A stretch of 64,000 nt of DNA from the NCBI GenBank assembly GCA_024875585.1, contig GCA_024875585.1_4107.1. One strand, 5' to 3'. Source of the stretch: a phage. Both the position numbers and the translations under genes were made by a program. Positions 47,824-57,456 of the stretch are shown here, in pieces. Every line of letters starts with the position of its first letter. Position 1 is the stretch's first letter. Under the pieces are notes generated by a model. That model searched no databases, was not told the DNA's origin, and saw nothing but the letters and a program-made list of their open reading frames with translations.

Positions 47824-48035
47824 TTCATTTATCTTACTATGAATATCAAAAACGTTTAAATGCATCAAGGGATATAAGGATTAAAATCTACAATAACAAA
47901 AGATTGAAATCTGAAGCCAAAAAAATCAAAATGATAGAAGCTGAATTATGCAACTTCCTTGGGACGAACTATCAGGATGATAAGGTAACAAACTATCTTA
48001 GAGAACTAATGATTAGTATCAAGAGTAAATGTTAG
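47814..48035 (+). CDS. family A small protein A13
   Basis: LGTNYQDDKV. Confidence 0.85.
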   Translation: MQMIHLSYYEYQKRLNASRDIRIKIYNNKRLKSEAKKIKMIEAELCNFLGTNYQDDKVTNYLRELMISIKSKC

Positions 48036-48045
48036 GCAGATGTAC

Positions 48046-48297
48046 ATGAAAATGATTAAATTATCTCAAGCAAAATATAAAGAACGCCTGGTGAAAATTG
48101 CACCTAGACTTAATGAAATCCATCACGGAGAAGTCATTAAACACGGAAATAAGATGATTATGAAACTTGAGTTAAAGGTGGGTGCATTCATAGGAACAAA
48201 CTATCAGGAGTATTATGTAGATGAATACATAATCGCACTTAAGAGATACATTGGAAGAAAACTATATCTACAAACTAAAGAATTGTATTGCAAATAA
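48046..48297 (+). CDS. family A small protein A14
   Basis: IGTNYQEYYV; three candidate ATGs (48040/48046/48052). Confidence 0.8.
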   Translation: MKMIKLSQAKYKERLVKIAPRLNEIHHGEVIKHGNKMIMKLELKVGAFIGTNYQEYYVDEYIIALKRYIGRKLYLQTKELYCK

Positions 48298-48314
48298 ATG
48301 CAAGGATAATGAAT

Positions 48315-48578
48315 ATGAAAATGATCAATTTAAGTAAAGATGAATATACCGAGCGTATGACAAAAATTACGCACAAACGTAATACAATCTATCACAACCC
48401 AGAAATTCAACACAGTAAGAAAATGATTATGATGCGTGAGTTAAAGATGGGTGTATTCTTAGGAACAAACTATCAAGATACAGAAGTAAATCGCTTAATC
48501 GCGGAGTTACTACTGGAAATCAGAGGTAAGCTGTACTTTCATCAAATGACCCAACCACTGAGGTGTACTAAGAAATGA
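48315..48578 (+). CDS. family A small protein A15
   Basis: LGTNYQDTEV; ATG 48315 has best spacing to aagga. Confidence 0.8.
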   Translation: MKMINLSKDEYTERMTKITHKRNTIYHNPEIQHSKKMIMMRELKMGVFLGTNYQDTEVNRLIAELLLEIRGKLYFHQMTQPLRCTKK

Positions 48579-48790
48579 TCAACATCACATTGCAAGAAAG
48601 ATTCATCCGAATCAACTATGCAATTACCAAATTAGATGCTACTATAGGATTCCAAAGTCTACCGTTCCAAACAAGAATGATATTAGAGTGCGAAGCTAAA
48701 TTGGGTGTACTGTTAGGAACGCAACACCAACAACGATATGTGGAAATCTGGATTGATCTTTTAACCCAAAATGTACATGAGAAAATGTAA
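48575..48790 (+). CDS. family A small protein A16
   Basis: ATGA overlap; LGTQHQQRYV. Confidence 0.85.
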   Translation: MINITLQERFIRINYAITKLDATIGFQSLPFQTRMILECEAKLGVLLGTQHQQRYVEIWIDLLTQNVHEKM

Positions 48791-49027
48791 ATGAAAAATG
48801 AAATGATATACTTAACGAATGAAGAGTTTCAAGAGAAGATGTTAAAAATCTATGATAATACTCTTGAGTACGTTCCAAATCAATCAATATATGAAGTGTC
48901 TGCGAATGTATTATTTCAGAAGCTACCATACGTTCTTGGAACGGATAAACAAGAATTTATGGTCAAAAATATGATTGAACATCTTATGATGAGTATTAAG
49001 GAAAAAGTGAATGCAAAAGAAAAATGA
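48791..49027 (+). CDS. family A small protein A17
   Basis: MKNEMIYLTNEEF; LGTDKQEFMV. Confidence 0.8.
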   Translation: MKNEMIYLTNEEFQEKMLKIYDNTLEYVPNQSIYEVSANVLFQKLPYVLGTDKQEFMVKNMIEHLMMSIKEKVNAKEK

Positions 49028-49274
49028 AATGATATACTTAACACCTGCTGAGTTAACAGAAAGACTAGTTAAATCCAGAAGATATACAAATCAACTTCCT
49101 CACAACCCAAATCAAACCCCAGCGGAAAGGAGTGCAGAAGTTTTATTCCAATCACTACCATACCTTCTTGGAACTAATAGACAAGAGTATCATATCGAAC
49201 GTATAATTAAATATCTTAAAATTACTATTAAGGAAAAAGTAAATGCTCAAGAATTTAAAAATCCTAACAGTTAA
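49011..49274 (+). CDS. family A small protein A18
   Basis: MQKKNEMIYLTPAEL; LGTNRQEYHI. Confidence 0.8.
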   Translation: MQKKNEMIYLTPAELTERLVKSRRYTNQLPHNPNQTPAERSAEVLFQSLPYLLGTNRQEYHIERIIKYLKITIKEKVNAQEFKNPNS

Positions 49275-49485
49275 TGAATATCATAAGATTGTAATGAAAA
49301 CTAATAGTGCAATTTCTAAAAAATCAAACCCAAAGTACATACTGGAACACACATTTGAAGAACGTCAATTAGCTTTAGTTGAAGCAAAACTTCTTGCACT
49401 ATTAGGAACAAACTATCAGGAAGAATACATCAGAAAACTAATATACCTTTTAACTAAACACATCAGGAAAAGAAAAAAAGCATGA
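49243..49485 (+). CDS. family A small protein A19
   Basis: LGTNYQEEYI. Confidence 0.85.
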   Translation: MLKNLKILTVNEYHKIVMKTNSAISKKSNPKYILEHTFEERQLALVEAKLLALLGTNYQEEYIRKLIYLLTKHIRKRKKA

Positions 49486-49712
49486 AGCACTTGACAGATG
49501 ATGAACATGGGCTTATAGTAATGGATGTAATCAACATCGAATACAAAAAGTTGATACGCTATCGTTGTTATGAAGATAAGCAACTAGTTCTAGCAGAACA
49601 GAAGTTGTTTCGACTCTTAAACACAAACTTCCAAGCACAATACGAAGAATCGTATATGTACCTTTTGGCGAGGAAAGCAAAAAGAGATTATGAAAATTTT
49701 AAGCAAAGGTGA
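49482..49712 (+). CDS. family A small protein A20
   Basis: ATGA overlap; LNTNFQAQYE. Confidence 0.8.
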   Translation: MKHLTDDEHGLIVMDVINIEYKKLIRYRCYEDKQLVLAEQKLFRLLNTNFQAQYEESYMYLLARKAKRDYENFKQR

Positions 49713-49911
49713 TTCAGTAATATTACTTATAGAGAGTTCAAATAAATTCTTAAACATAACACTGTCTGATATAGATGAAGATGATAAAGAAGTACTGAGA
49801 GCAGATTTAAGAGTACTGTTACATCTCGGAACAAACCTACAAGAAGAATATGTAGAGTACTACATTGATGAACTTAAAGAATCAGTACTGAGAAGATGCA
49901 AATGCGAATGA
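49690..49911 (+). CDS. family A small protein A21
   Basis: LGTNLQEEYV. Confidence 0.85.
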   Translation: MKILSKGDSVILLIESSNKFLNITLSDIDEDDKEVLRADLRVLLHLGTNLQEEYVEYYIDELKESVLRRCKCE

Positions 49912-50123
49912 TTACCGACGAAGAATACCTAACAATTATAAATGGATTGTTTTTGAAGTTGTTTGTTATTAACACATCAGATATACCAGATATGGATAAA
50001 ATTATTAAGAGAAATGAAATCTATGTTCTAGCTACCCTGGGAACTAACTATCAAGAATGCAATATTAATGATTATATTAATACACTTAAAGGAGCGATTG
50101 AACTAAAATGCCAAAACCACTAG
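49896..50123 (+). CDS. family A small protein A22
   Basis: LGTNYQECNI. Confidence 0.85.
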   Translation: MQMRMITDEEYLTIINGLFLKLFVINTSDIPDMDKIIKRNEIYVLATLGTNYQECNINDYINTLKGAIELKCQNH

Positions 50124-50323
50124 GAACAGCAGAATACATTGAACTCATGGGATTACACTTCTCATCCTTTCAGAAACTTATGCGAGAATCAAAGAATGAT
50201 TTAGAATATACCATCAGAGGTTCAGATTTAAGAATGCTTCTCACCCTAGACACAGATTCCCAAGAGAGATTTGTCAATGAGCATATTAGAGCACTTTTAA
50301 TGGAAATTAAAAGTAAACTATGA
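50108..50323 (+). CDS. family A small protein A23
   Basis: LDTDSQERFV...IKSKL. Confidence 0.8.
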   Translation: MPKPLGTAEYIELMGLHFSSFQKLMRESKNDLEYTIRGSDLRMLLTLDTDSQERFVNEHIRALLMEIKSKL

Positions 50324-50535
50324 AGGTAATATCAAACCAAGAGTACTTGGCACTATTCAGGAAGAATAATCACAAATATATGGCACTTGATTCAAGAACT
50401 GATATAGGGGAACTTGAAAAAAATCTTTTGCGTTCAGAGATGATAGTACTGACACTCTTAGGAACACAACATCAAGAGAGAACTGTTGATTCATATATTG
50501 AGATTCTTAAGAAGCTTATACAGGAAAAACTATGA
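50320..50535 (+). CDS. family A small protein A24
   Basis: ATGA overlap; LGTQHQERTV. Confidence 0.85.
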   Translation: MKVISNQEYLALFRKNNHKYMALDSRTDIGELEKNLLRSEMIVLTLLGTQHQERTVDSYIEILKKLIQEKL

Positions 50536-50762
50536 GAATCATAACACAAACAGACATATTTAAGTTAGCAAGGGAACATACATCTGAAATTGATGCTATA
50601 GTATCAAAAAGTTACAATGACCCTTATACACAAGATGTGCACTACAATGAATTATGGGTGTATATACTTTTAGGTACAAATTATCAAGAGCAAGCAGTAC
50701 AGAAGTATTTGGCAGCTTTAAGTACTGCTACTGCTAATAGTATAGGTATTAAAAAATGCTAG
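50532..50762 (+). CDS. family A small protein A25
   Basis: ATGA overlap; LGTNYQEQAV. Confidence 0.85.
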   Translation: MRIITQTDIFKLAREHTSEIDAIVSKSYNDPYTQDVHYNELWVYILLGTNYQEQAVQKYLAALSTATANSIGIKKC

Positions 50763-50992
50763 TACTGACAGAACTAGAAATGTATCATAGATTTAATAAG
50801 TACTATCATTTACTTAAGCCTATACAGAGGATTAAATGTCCATTTGAAGAGAAACAGGTATTAATTTATGAGCATAAGTTATTTGTATCATTAGGTACGA
50901 ATGAACAAGAGTATTATTTGAAGTTGTACTTAATTACTTTAATTGAATTGATTAATCACAAAACACAGAAAGCTAAGAAATCTAAAAAATGA
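50756..50992 (+). CDS. family A small protein A26
   Basis: LGTNEQEYYL. Confidence 0.8.
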   Translation: MLVLTELEMYHRFNKYYHLLKPIQRIKCPFEEKQVLIYEHKLFVSLGTNEQEYYLKLYLITLIELINHKTQKAKKSKK

Positions 50993-51327
50993 AAACTAAT
51001 ATTCAACTCAAGGTATACATATCTTATGAATCTATATACATCAAATGCAGTCTATGTAAAGATGTAATGGATTATAAAGGTAAGCCATTCACAATTACTT
51101 ACAGTCTAACAGGAGGCTTTTATATATCTTTTGTTGATTACGAAAATAAAATATACAAGCACATTGATATTAAAGATTTAAGTACCTTGTCAGATGAGGA
51201 ATACTTTCAAGAATCATTAGTATGGGATTTAGAGTTTCCTATGACATTAGTACACAAAATGATAGTACTAATGAAAGAAACTAAACCTGAGCCGAGTGGT
51301 TATGAAGAATTCATTATTGAGTATTAA
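50989..51327 (+). CDS. family B protein B1 (short form, core domain only)
   Basis: ATGA overlap; LSDEEYFQESLVWDLEF. Confidence 0.8.
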   Translation: MKTNIQLKVYISYESIYIKCSLCKDVMDYKGKPFTITYSLTGGFYISFVDYENKIYKHIDIKDLSTLSDEEYFQESLVWDLEFPMTLVHKMIVLMKETKPEPSGYEEFIIEY

Positions 51328-51339
51328 GAGTACTGATAT

Positions 51340-51555
51340 ATGAAAAGATTATCATACAAAGATTACAGTAAACTTATCAGTACTTTACAACCAGAAATTA
51401 GAAGAATTAATTATCTTCCTATACCCAACGAAGAACGTGTAGTACTGAAAAATGAGTTAATATTAAAACGCACAGTAGGTACTAACTATCAAGATAATAG
51501 TGTTTGCGATTTAATTAGAGGGTTAATGATCACAATAAAGGCCAAGTGCTATTGA
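51340..51555 (+). CDS. family A small protein A27
   Basis: VGTNYQDNSV. Confidence 0.85.
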   Translation: MKRLSYKDYSKLISTLQPEIRRINYLPIPNEERVVLKNELILKRTVGTNYQDNSVCDLIRGLMITIKAKCY

Positions 51556-51561
51556 CAGTAC

Positions 51562-51591
51562 TTGACGGAGCTTTTCATTACTGATATAGTA
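51562..51591 (+). promoter_or_regulatory. possible sigma70-type promoter
   Basis: TTGACG(51562-67)-18nt-TATAGT(51586-91). Confidence 0.4.
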
Positions 51592-51619
51592 CACTAACGT
51601 TAATCATAGGGTAGAAATT

Positions 51620-51865
51620 ATGTTAAAATTTTTAAATTTCCTTATCGTCTTGTGTATTGTTCTTGGGATTGCACCGTTTGTACTGGTGTATATGGATTCA
51701 GATGAAATGCAAAAGATGAATTGCACAAAGACGGGACAGAGTAGAGAAGAGACGATTCTTATGCCTGTTACTGTTATTGTTAATAATATGCCCATTACAA
51801 ACATGGTCCCTACCCTAACGACAACGTACCAGTACTCTTGTACAGACGGGGAGAGGTGGAGATGA
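51620..51865 (+). CDS. small membrane/secreted protein (81 aa)
   Basis: N-terminal hydrophobic MLKFLNFLIVLCIVLGIAPFVLV. Confidence 0.65.
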   Translation: MLKFLNFLIVLCIVLGIAPFVLVYMDSDEMQKMNCTKTGQSREETILMPVTVIVNNMPITNMVPTLTTTYQYSCTDGERWR

Positions 51866-52182
51866 AATTTAATATAGCAAAAACATCGAATGTATGTATA
51901 TTTGGTTATGCAGAAGAGTTAGGTGATATTGACATTCTTTTGTACAAAAAGGATGGTGTTATGCATTTCAAGTACCAGGATGAAGAGGCAGACAATTATC
52001 TTTTGCCTAATTTAGTACAAATGCAGGAAGAGGAATTATTCCAGTACAGCTTAGTATATGACATTGATATTTGCACGATGCCAGTACTAATTAATATTCA
52101 AAAAGTGATGCTCGATGTGTTTGATAGGCTAATACAAGGCACACAAGGAAGAACCATATATGTCAATGTACAAGACAATTAA
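51862..52182 (+). CDS. family B protein B2 (short form)
   Basis: ATG 51862 after ggtggag; MQEEELFQYSLVYDIDI. Confidence 0.8.
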   Translation: MKFNIAKTSNVCIFGYAEELGDIDILLYKKDGVMHFKYQDEEADNYLLPNLVQMQEEELFQYSLVYDIDICTMPVLINIQKVMLDVFDRLIQGTQGRTIYVNVQDN

Positions 52183-52375
52183 TCAAGAATGGAAGAATCA
52201 AAAGTACAGAGAATTCAATAGGAATTTTACAAAAGACGAATTGAATATAAAAACAACAGAATTTGATATGTTTATTTTTCTCGGAACACGTTCTCAGGAG
52301 CAATTTGTTCATTATTATATAAATTCGTTGCGAGCGGAGATAGTATGCAAAACAAAGGGTATTATAAAAAGGTAA
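52160..52375 (+). CDS. family A small protein A28 (diverged)
   Basis: LGTRSQEQFVHYYINSL. Confidence 0.75.
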   Translation: MSMYKTINQEWKNQKYREFNRNFTKDELNIKTTEFDMFIFLGTRSQEQFVHYYINSLRAEIVCKTKGIIKR

Positions 52376-52611
52376 ACCAACATTTGTACGCTACAAAGTA
52401 CAGGGATTTTTGTTTAAAGGGTGGTGATGAAGATTTTTCTTTGCGATTATCAGAATTTAATCTGTTATTTTATCTTGGTACATCGGAACAAGAAGAAATG
52501 GCACAGAAATTTCTCAATCACCTTGTACAAAAAATTAATATGCAAATTTTGATGCTTAAGTTACAGGATGAGATAAATGAATATGAACCCAACAATAGTA
52601 CAGGATCTTAA
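52345..52611 (+). CDS. family A small protein A29 (diverged)
   Basis: LGTSEQEEMAQKFLNHL. Confidence 0.75.
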   Translation: MQNKGYYKKVNQHLYATKYRDFCLKGGDEDFSLRLSEFNLLFYLGTSEQEEMAQKFLNHLVQKINMQILMLKLQDEINEYEPNNSTGS

Positions 52612-52972
52612 ACAAGTAATATTCCTTTTGAATACAAGAAGTGAATTGTATACAGAGTTTAAAGAGATTAATGCATTTTATCAGAATTTTGTAATTCAAG
52701 AGTTCAGTGATTTAATTACAGATGCATTATTTGAATTATCGGAAAAATACAAAGGAACAGAGTTCAGTGTTAAAAATGTATTACGTTCTTTATCAACGCG
52801 TATAATAAAATTAGATCATTTCAAATTTGAAAATAAAGATTTATTCAGTCACAATCCAAGTACAGCTTTATATTTTATTCCTGATTCAGACAAAAATCAT
52901 CCTATTCATTACGGATGGATTTTGTCGTACATAGTACAAGGAAAGGAGTATCCTATTAAATGGAACGATTAG
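52577..52972 (+). CDS. hypothetical protein (131 aa)
   Basis: SD cagga; in-train ORF. Confidence 0.7.
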   Translation: MNMNPTIVQDLKQVIFLLNTRSELYTEFKEINAFYQNFVIQEFSDLITDALFELSEKYKGTEFSVKNVLRSLSTRIIKLDHFKFENKDLFSHNPSTALYFIPDSDKNHPIHYGWILSYIVQGKEYPIKWND

Positions 52973-53121
52973 GGCGATTAGATTATTACACAATTAATAC
53001 AAATTATTTGTTGCGTAATATAAAATCCGATTACAAAATATGGATAAAGAACAGAGATAGCATGTGTTATGAATTTTATTTAGATTATGCTATCAAACGA
53101 TTTTTAAGAGAAGAACATTAG
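52960..53121 (+). CDS. hypothetical small protein (53 aa; below cutoff)
   Basis: MERLGRLDYYTINTNYLLRN...; bridges the gap between neighbours with short overlaps. Confidence 0.45.
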   Translation: MERLGRLDYYTINTNYLLRNIKSDYKIWIKNRDSMCYEFYLDYAIKRFLREEH

Positions 53122-53324
53122 TGCAAAATAGTAATACGATAACATTAAATGCATTACAGGATTCATTATTAGATAGTATTAAGATGTATTACAATATACA
53201 TTTGAGGGGTGGCATTGATGATTATAATTATTATTTGAGTTTAATTGTAATTGAGCACCTTTCAGTACAGGACAGGATTTTACATCCTACAAATCCTAGG
53301 TATCCATCGATAGGTAAATTATGA
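53121..53324 (+). CDS. hypothetical small protein (67 aa)
   Basis: GTG start overlapping the previous stop (taGTG). Confidence 0.55.
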   Translation: MQNSNTITLNALQDSLLDSIKMYYNIHLRGGIDDYNYYLSLIVIEHLSVQDRILHPTNPRYPSIGKL

Positions 53325-53878
53325 ATGAGATAGAGTTATTAGCACACAAGATAAGTACAATAATGCTTATCCTCAATAACAACCATCCTATATCGCAGAT
53401 AGATGGAATCCTGAGTCAGAGGACAGGTGGTAGTTTATATTTGTCCCTAAACGCAAATATCGCAAGGAAATACATTGACATTGGTGATGTTGATGCTGAA
53501 ATCGAATGTGATACAACTGGAATTGTTGATGTAGGTGCATTAATCAGTTCAAATCCTGTATCAGTATCCCCGTTGACCAAAGGTGTTAGTACAGGATTCG
53601 AAGGATATTTGTGGTATAATGCTAATGATAATTATTTTATATATCAGCATTCTAATACAAATTATGATGAAGATAAATTTGAGTTCATTGACCCTTATGA
53701 TGAAGCTGGAGTATTTCAACAATCATTAATCACAAAACCACATCAAATGATGTATCTAATGTTATTCAGTACAATGAATTTGAATCCATTAATTAATGGT
53801 TTAAAGTTTTATATTCAATTGAATTTGGTTCATGTAGTTTATGATTTATTAATGCAAGGATATAGTTATGAAGTATAA
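53321..53878 (+). CDS. family B protein B3
   Basis: ATGA overlap; YDEAGVFQQSLITKP. Confidence 0.8.
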   Translation: MNEIELLAHKISTIMLILNNNHPISQIDGILSQRTGGSLYLSLNANIARKYIDIGDVDAEIECDTTGIVDVGALISSNPVSVSPLTKGVSTGFEGYLWYNANDNYFIYQHSNTNYDEDKFEFIDPYDEAGVFQQSLITKPHQMMYLMLFSTMNLNPLINGLKFYIQLNLVHVVYDLLMQGYSYEV

Positions 53879-54170
53879 AATGATGTATACTCCAGATATG
53901 ATTTATGTTGAATTAGAAGACGATGACGACGGCTGGAATTTGATTTATTCAATTAGTTCAGGTTGGTACATGGCACATTTAAATGATAACAAAGTTACAG
54001 ATTATTTTGTAGATTTCAACACCTTATCCGATGAAGAATTGTTTCAACAACAATTAGTGATTGATACAGGTGGTTATGATGTGTTATTATTAAAAAAGAT
54101 ACAGAAAGCTGTTATTGATTTTAAGCCCAATATGTTGCAAAGGAAATATTATGACATCGAAGTACAATAA
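53868..54170 (+). CDS. family B protein B4 (short form)
   Basis: SD caagga; LSDEELFQQQLVIDTG. Confidence 0.8.
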   Translation: MKYKMMYTPDMIYVELEDDDDGWNLIYSISSGWYMAHLNDNKVTDYFVDFNTLSDEELFQQQLVIDTGGYDVLLLKKIQKAVIDFKPNMLQRKYYDIEVQ

Positions 54171-54504
54171 TGTATTTGATATTAAGAAATTAAAAGAATG
54201 GGTTTATAGTATTGAAATTGAAGCAATTCCTTATCATAGATACAAACAATATGATTTATGTAATATAGATATTCGTGAGTTGTACGCATATTATCAGAGT
54301 GCATTAGAGATGCATAAGATATTTTTGAGTTCAAATTACATGACACGTTGTAATGATGCTTTTAAAGAATTTAATAATTATAATTTAGTACAAAAATATG
54401 TCGTATCAAAGTACATGTACAATCAAGGAATTAAAGGTTGTATTGAATTCAATTCGGTCTTTGCTTTAGTTGAGATAATTTTATGCAGTACATGTCTGAT
54501 TTAG
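54151..54504 (+). CDS. hypothetical protein (117 aa)
   Basis: ATG 54151 after aaagga. Confidence 0.7.
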   Translation: MTSKYNNVFDIKKLKEWVYSIEIEAIPYHRYKQYDLCNIDIRELYAYYQSALEMHKIFLSSNYMTRCNDAFKEFNNYNLVQKYVVSKYMYNQGIKGCIEFNSVFALVEIILCSTCLI

Positions 54505-54980
54505 AGTTTAGTTTAGATGCTGCTTTTAAATTTGTACACAAGATAGAAACAATATATCGTACATTATGTGCAATACGATTAGTAACATCTGAACTTGATG
54601 TTGGTAAAAGGTATCAGGTATGGAATAACACATTTCTAGACAAAGAGCGTTGTTCAACTGGGTTTAATATTTTATCATTTAATCCAAGTAATTGTTACCC
54701 AGAGAAGCATGAGCGTTATCCGAATGATGACATGTGGTTTGAGTACAAAGAAGATGGTGATATGTCGTTCATTGAAGTTCCTGATGATTTTAATGCACAA
54801 GATTTAACAGAAGAATGGTGGTTCCAGCAGAATTTAGTCCACGATGATATTGATTTATTTTTTTATGTAGTATTTAAAATGCTTTATCACAACAAGATAG
54901 TACAAGATAGTGTATTTTTTTCATGTCTATATATTGATGATTTGTACAATGAAATTCAAATCAACATGCCTGTATCGTAA
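54483..54980 (+). CDS. family B protein B5
   Basis: LTEEWWFQQNLVHDDID. Confidence 0.8.
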   Translation: MQYMSDLEFSLDAAFKFVHKIETIYRTLCAIRLVTSELDVGKRYQVWNNTFLDKERCSTGFNILSFNPSNCYPEKHERYPNDDMWFEYKEDGDMSFIEVPDDFNAQDLTEEWWFQQNLVHDDIDLFFYVVFKMLYHNKIVQDSVFFSCLYIDDLYNEIQINMPVS

Positions 54981-55005
54981 GATATGGGCTTTTTTTGTTT
55001 TGGTA

Positions 55006-55034
55006 TTGACATAGAAGTACAAAACTGTTATCAT
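55006..55034 (+). promoter_or_regulatory. sigma70-type promoter
   Basis: TTGACA(55006-11)-17nt-TATCAT(55029-34); preceded by a T-run. Confidence 0.5.
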
Positions 55035-55060
55035 GGGTAATCATTTTAAAGGAGGAATTT

Positions 55061-55594
55061 ATGGCGAGTTTTATGGTTCCAAGTACATACGAAGATGCAT
55101 CAAGTGCAGTGCATAAGGTTCATCATATTTTTAATTTAATTATTAATGCATCAAAAAATAAAATGTATGCACCTCTAGTGAAATTTAATAAAAATGAGGA
55201 AATTTTTGTTAGTACAGAACAAACGATTTTTCCATATTTCAATAAAGATAGATTATGGTTCATGCATTCAGTTGCATTACAAAGATATAATATAACAAGA
55301 TCCAACGAAAATCATAATCCAGGATATTTGCATATATCGTTATACCATCCCGATATTGGAGAGGATGTATATTTTCAGTACAGCACAGTACACTGCCATG
55401 AAGATATCTTTGCTGCTATGCTTATTGCTAAACTGAACACCGTTGATTTGGAGTACCACAAATACAATAATAAATCATTTAAGATCATAATCCCTGCATT
55501 CATAGCTCTTTATGATTATGTGGTGCATAACAAAAAAGATGATACATATGCTTTCAATGAAGAGTATTTGGATTTTTTTAAGGAGAACATATGA
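55061..55594 (+). CDS. family B protein B6
   Basis: SD aaaggagg; GEDVYFQYSTVHCHED. Confidence 0.85.
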   Translation: MASFMVPSTYEDASSAVHKVHHIFNLIINASKNKMYAPLVKFNKNEEIFVSTEQTIFPYFNKDRLWFMHSVALQRYNITRSNENHNPGYLHISLYHPDIGEDVYFQYSTVHCHEDIFAAMLIAKLNTVDLEYHKYNNKSFKIIIPAFIALYDYVVHNKKDDTYAFNEEYLDFFKENI

Positions 55595-56136
55595 GCAGTA
55601 CAACAGTACAGAAAGCAATGACATTCAATGAAATTGGTGCATTTAAAGATAAGATTATTGATAGTATTGAATATTTGATTTGTTGTAACATCAATAAGAT
55701 AGATGTATATAACAAGGTAAATGGTTCATATCACACAATGTACATGACAAACAACAATGGAACTATTCCATTTATTTCGGATAGTACAATATGGTACGCA
55801 TGTGATACAACAAAATACACAGCAGGTTCGTATGTGTTAGGGACACATAAGGAATTAATTATTCCTGAGCATTGTATACAAGAAGAAGAATATTTTCAAA
55901 TGCAGTTAGTACACGCACCATTAGAGATGGTTGCTTTATATATGATACCTTATATCTCTAAATGTGTTCATGAGAATAAAGCTCCATGGAATCATGAATT
56001 TGGTTCGTTGAAGTTATTGTATAATGTTTTAGCACAATATTATGATTACAGACACGAGGGTACAATCAGCGATGTATGGGATTTTGAATCACTAAGGGTG
56101 AAAACATACACAGGTGAATTATATGTCCAGAATTAA
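55591..56136 (+). CDS. family B protein B7
   Basis: ATGA overlap; IQEEEYFQMQLVHAP. Confidence 0.85.
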   Translation: MSSTTVQKAMTFNEIGAFKDKIIDSIEYLICCNINKIDVYNKVNGSYHTMYMTNNNGTIPFISDSTIWYACDTTKYTAGSYVLGTHKELIIPEHCIQEEEYFQMQLVHAPLEMVALYMIPYISKCVHENKAPWNHEFGSLKLLYNVLAQYYDYRHEGTISDVWDFESLRVKTYTGELYVQN

Positions 56137-56737
56137 AATGTGTGATTTGATGCAGTACAGTAAAATTGCAATTCCAGTACTTAATAAAGTTCTTGATGCA
56201 TTCATTGCAAAATACCCTGAGAATTCAGAATTACGTATTCCGTTTCGTGTACCAGACATAGATGATACATTCTATGTAAATGTCAGTACACGTGGTATTA
56301 CATTGCAGCAGAAATACAGGGATACAGAATACTATGGAATAAAGTTGGATTCGGGGCAGGGTTCTAAATCATCCTATGATTTTTTTGTTCCTAATAATAT
56401 AGAGTCATGGGAAACAAACATTTCAAAGAAAGATGAAAATGATGTTCCTATTAGTGGTGAATTAAGCAATAAAGTTTTTTATTATTACGAAACTGATAAA
56501 TTCCCTGAAGAGTTATATTACAATTCAGAAATGAGTGAAGATGTAGATGCATTCATGTTTCAATTATCTTTAGTACAGGATATAATTAATGTTCAAGAGT
56601 TAAGAGCAGAAATCAATTTAGCTAAAGAGTTGTCGGACATGTTGCCACCGTTTAGTATGATTTTTTGTGAAGGAGGTTATTTTACAAAAGAAGTGTTTGA
56701 ACATTTCGTAGATGTTGTAAAAGGGTTGGATATATAG
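56123..56737 (+). CDS. family B protein B8
   Basis: ATG 56123 after aggtg; DVDAFMFQLSLVQDI. Confidence 0.8.
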   Translation: MSRIKMCDLMQYSKIAIPVLNKVLDAFIAKYPENSELRIPFRVPDIDDTFYVNVSTRGITLQQKYRDTEYYGIKLDSGQGSKSSYDFFVPNNIESWETNISKKDENDVPISGELSNKVFYYYETDKFPEELYYNSEMSEDVDAFMFQLSLVQDIINVQELRAEINLAKELSDMLPPFSMIFCEGGYFTKEVFEHFVDVVKGLDI

Positions 56738-56738
56738 T

Positions 56739-56969
56739 ATGCTTACTGATGATATTAAACAAAAATACCGTAAGTTTGATTGGTTCACCGACAGTTTCCA
56801 GCTTGAATTACTGTATTTGAATATAAGTGAGACATTATGTGCAGAAACACAAGATGAATTTGATGACAGAGTTCTTAACATAGTAATGCTTTCTTGCTTT
56901 AAACACTTTGGTTATTTTTCGAACAGGATTAAGGTACAAAATGCATCAACACAAGCATCATTCATATGA
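56739..56969 (+). CDS. hypothetical small protein (76 aa)
   Basis: in-train ORF. Confidence 0.6.
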   Translation: MLTDDIKQKYRKFDWFTDSFQLELLYLNISETLCAETQDEFDDRVLNIVMLSCFKHFGYFSNRIKVQNASTQASFI

Positions 56970-57456
56970 TTTTGCAATTAACATTATGAAGTTCATTCGA
57001 GCGTTGGAGGATGGGAAGCTTAGTCATAAGTACAGGAAAGAGGGTAACAATTGGTTCAGAAATGATTCCGAGTTCAGGAGTCATAACATCGTGTATAGCA
57101 ATCAGTACAGTGCTAATTACCTACAAGATGTAGTGATGTGTTTTGAATATGTATTGCAGTTCAGGGGTACAATCCAGAATGAATTAATGGATCACATGTA
57201 CATCCGATACCTTCCAATGCATAAAGATGAAAATGCATTATTAGGTTCAATATACCAACGAGTAAGGGAAATTGAGTGCAGGGATATATTAGATACAGAA
57301 GAATCGTATTTCCAGCAATCTCTTATTACTGCACCTGATTCATTACAGGCACATAATTTGTTTAATACATTACGTCAGAACATCAGTACAGACATATTTT
57401 TGTCATTATTGGATTATGATACATTTGTCAAAGATTTAGAGGAAATAGGTTTATGA
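56941..57456 (+). CDS. family B protein B9
   Basis: ATG 56941 after aagg; DTEESYFQQSLITAP. Confidence 0.8.
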   Translation: MHQHKHHSYDFAINIMKFIRALEDGKLSHKYRKEGNNWFRNDSEFRSHNIVYSNQYSANYLQDVVMCFEYVLQFRGTIQNELMDHMYIRYLPMHKDENALLGSIYQRVREIECRDILDTEESYFQQSLITAPDSLQAHNLFNTLRQNISTDIFLSLLDYDTFVKDLEEIGL

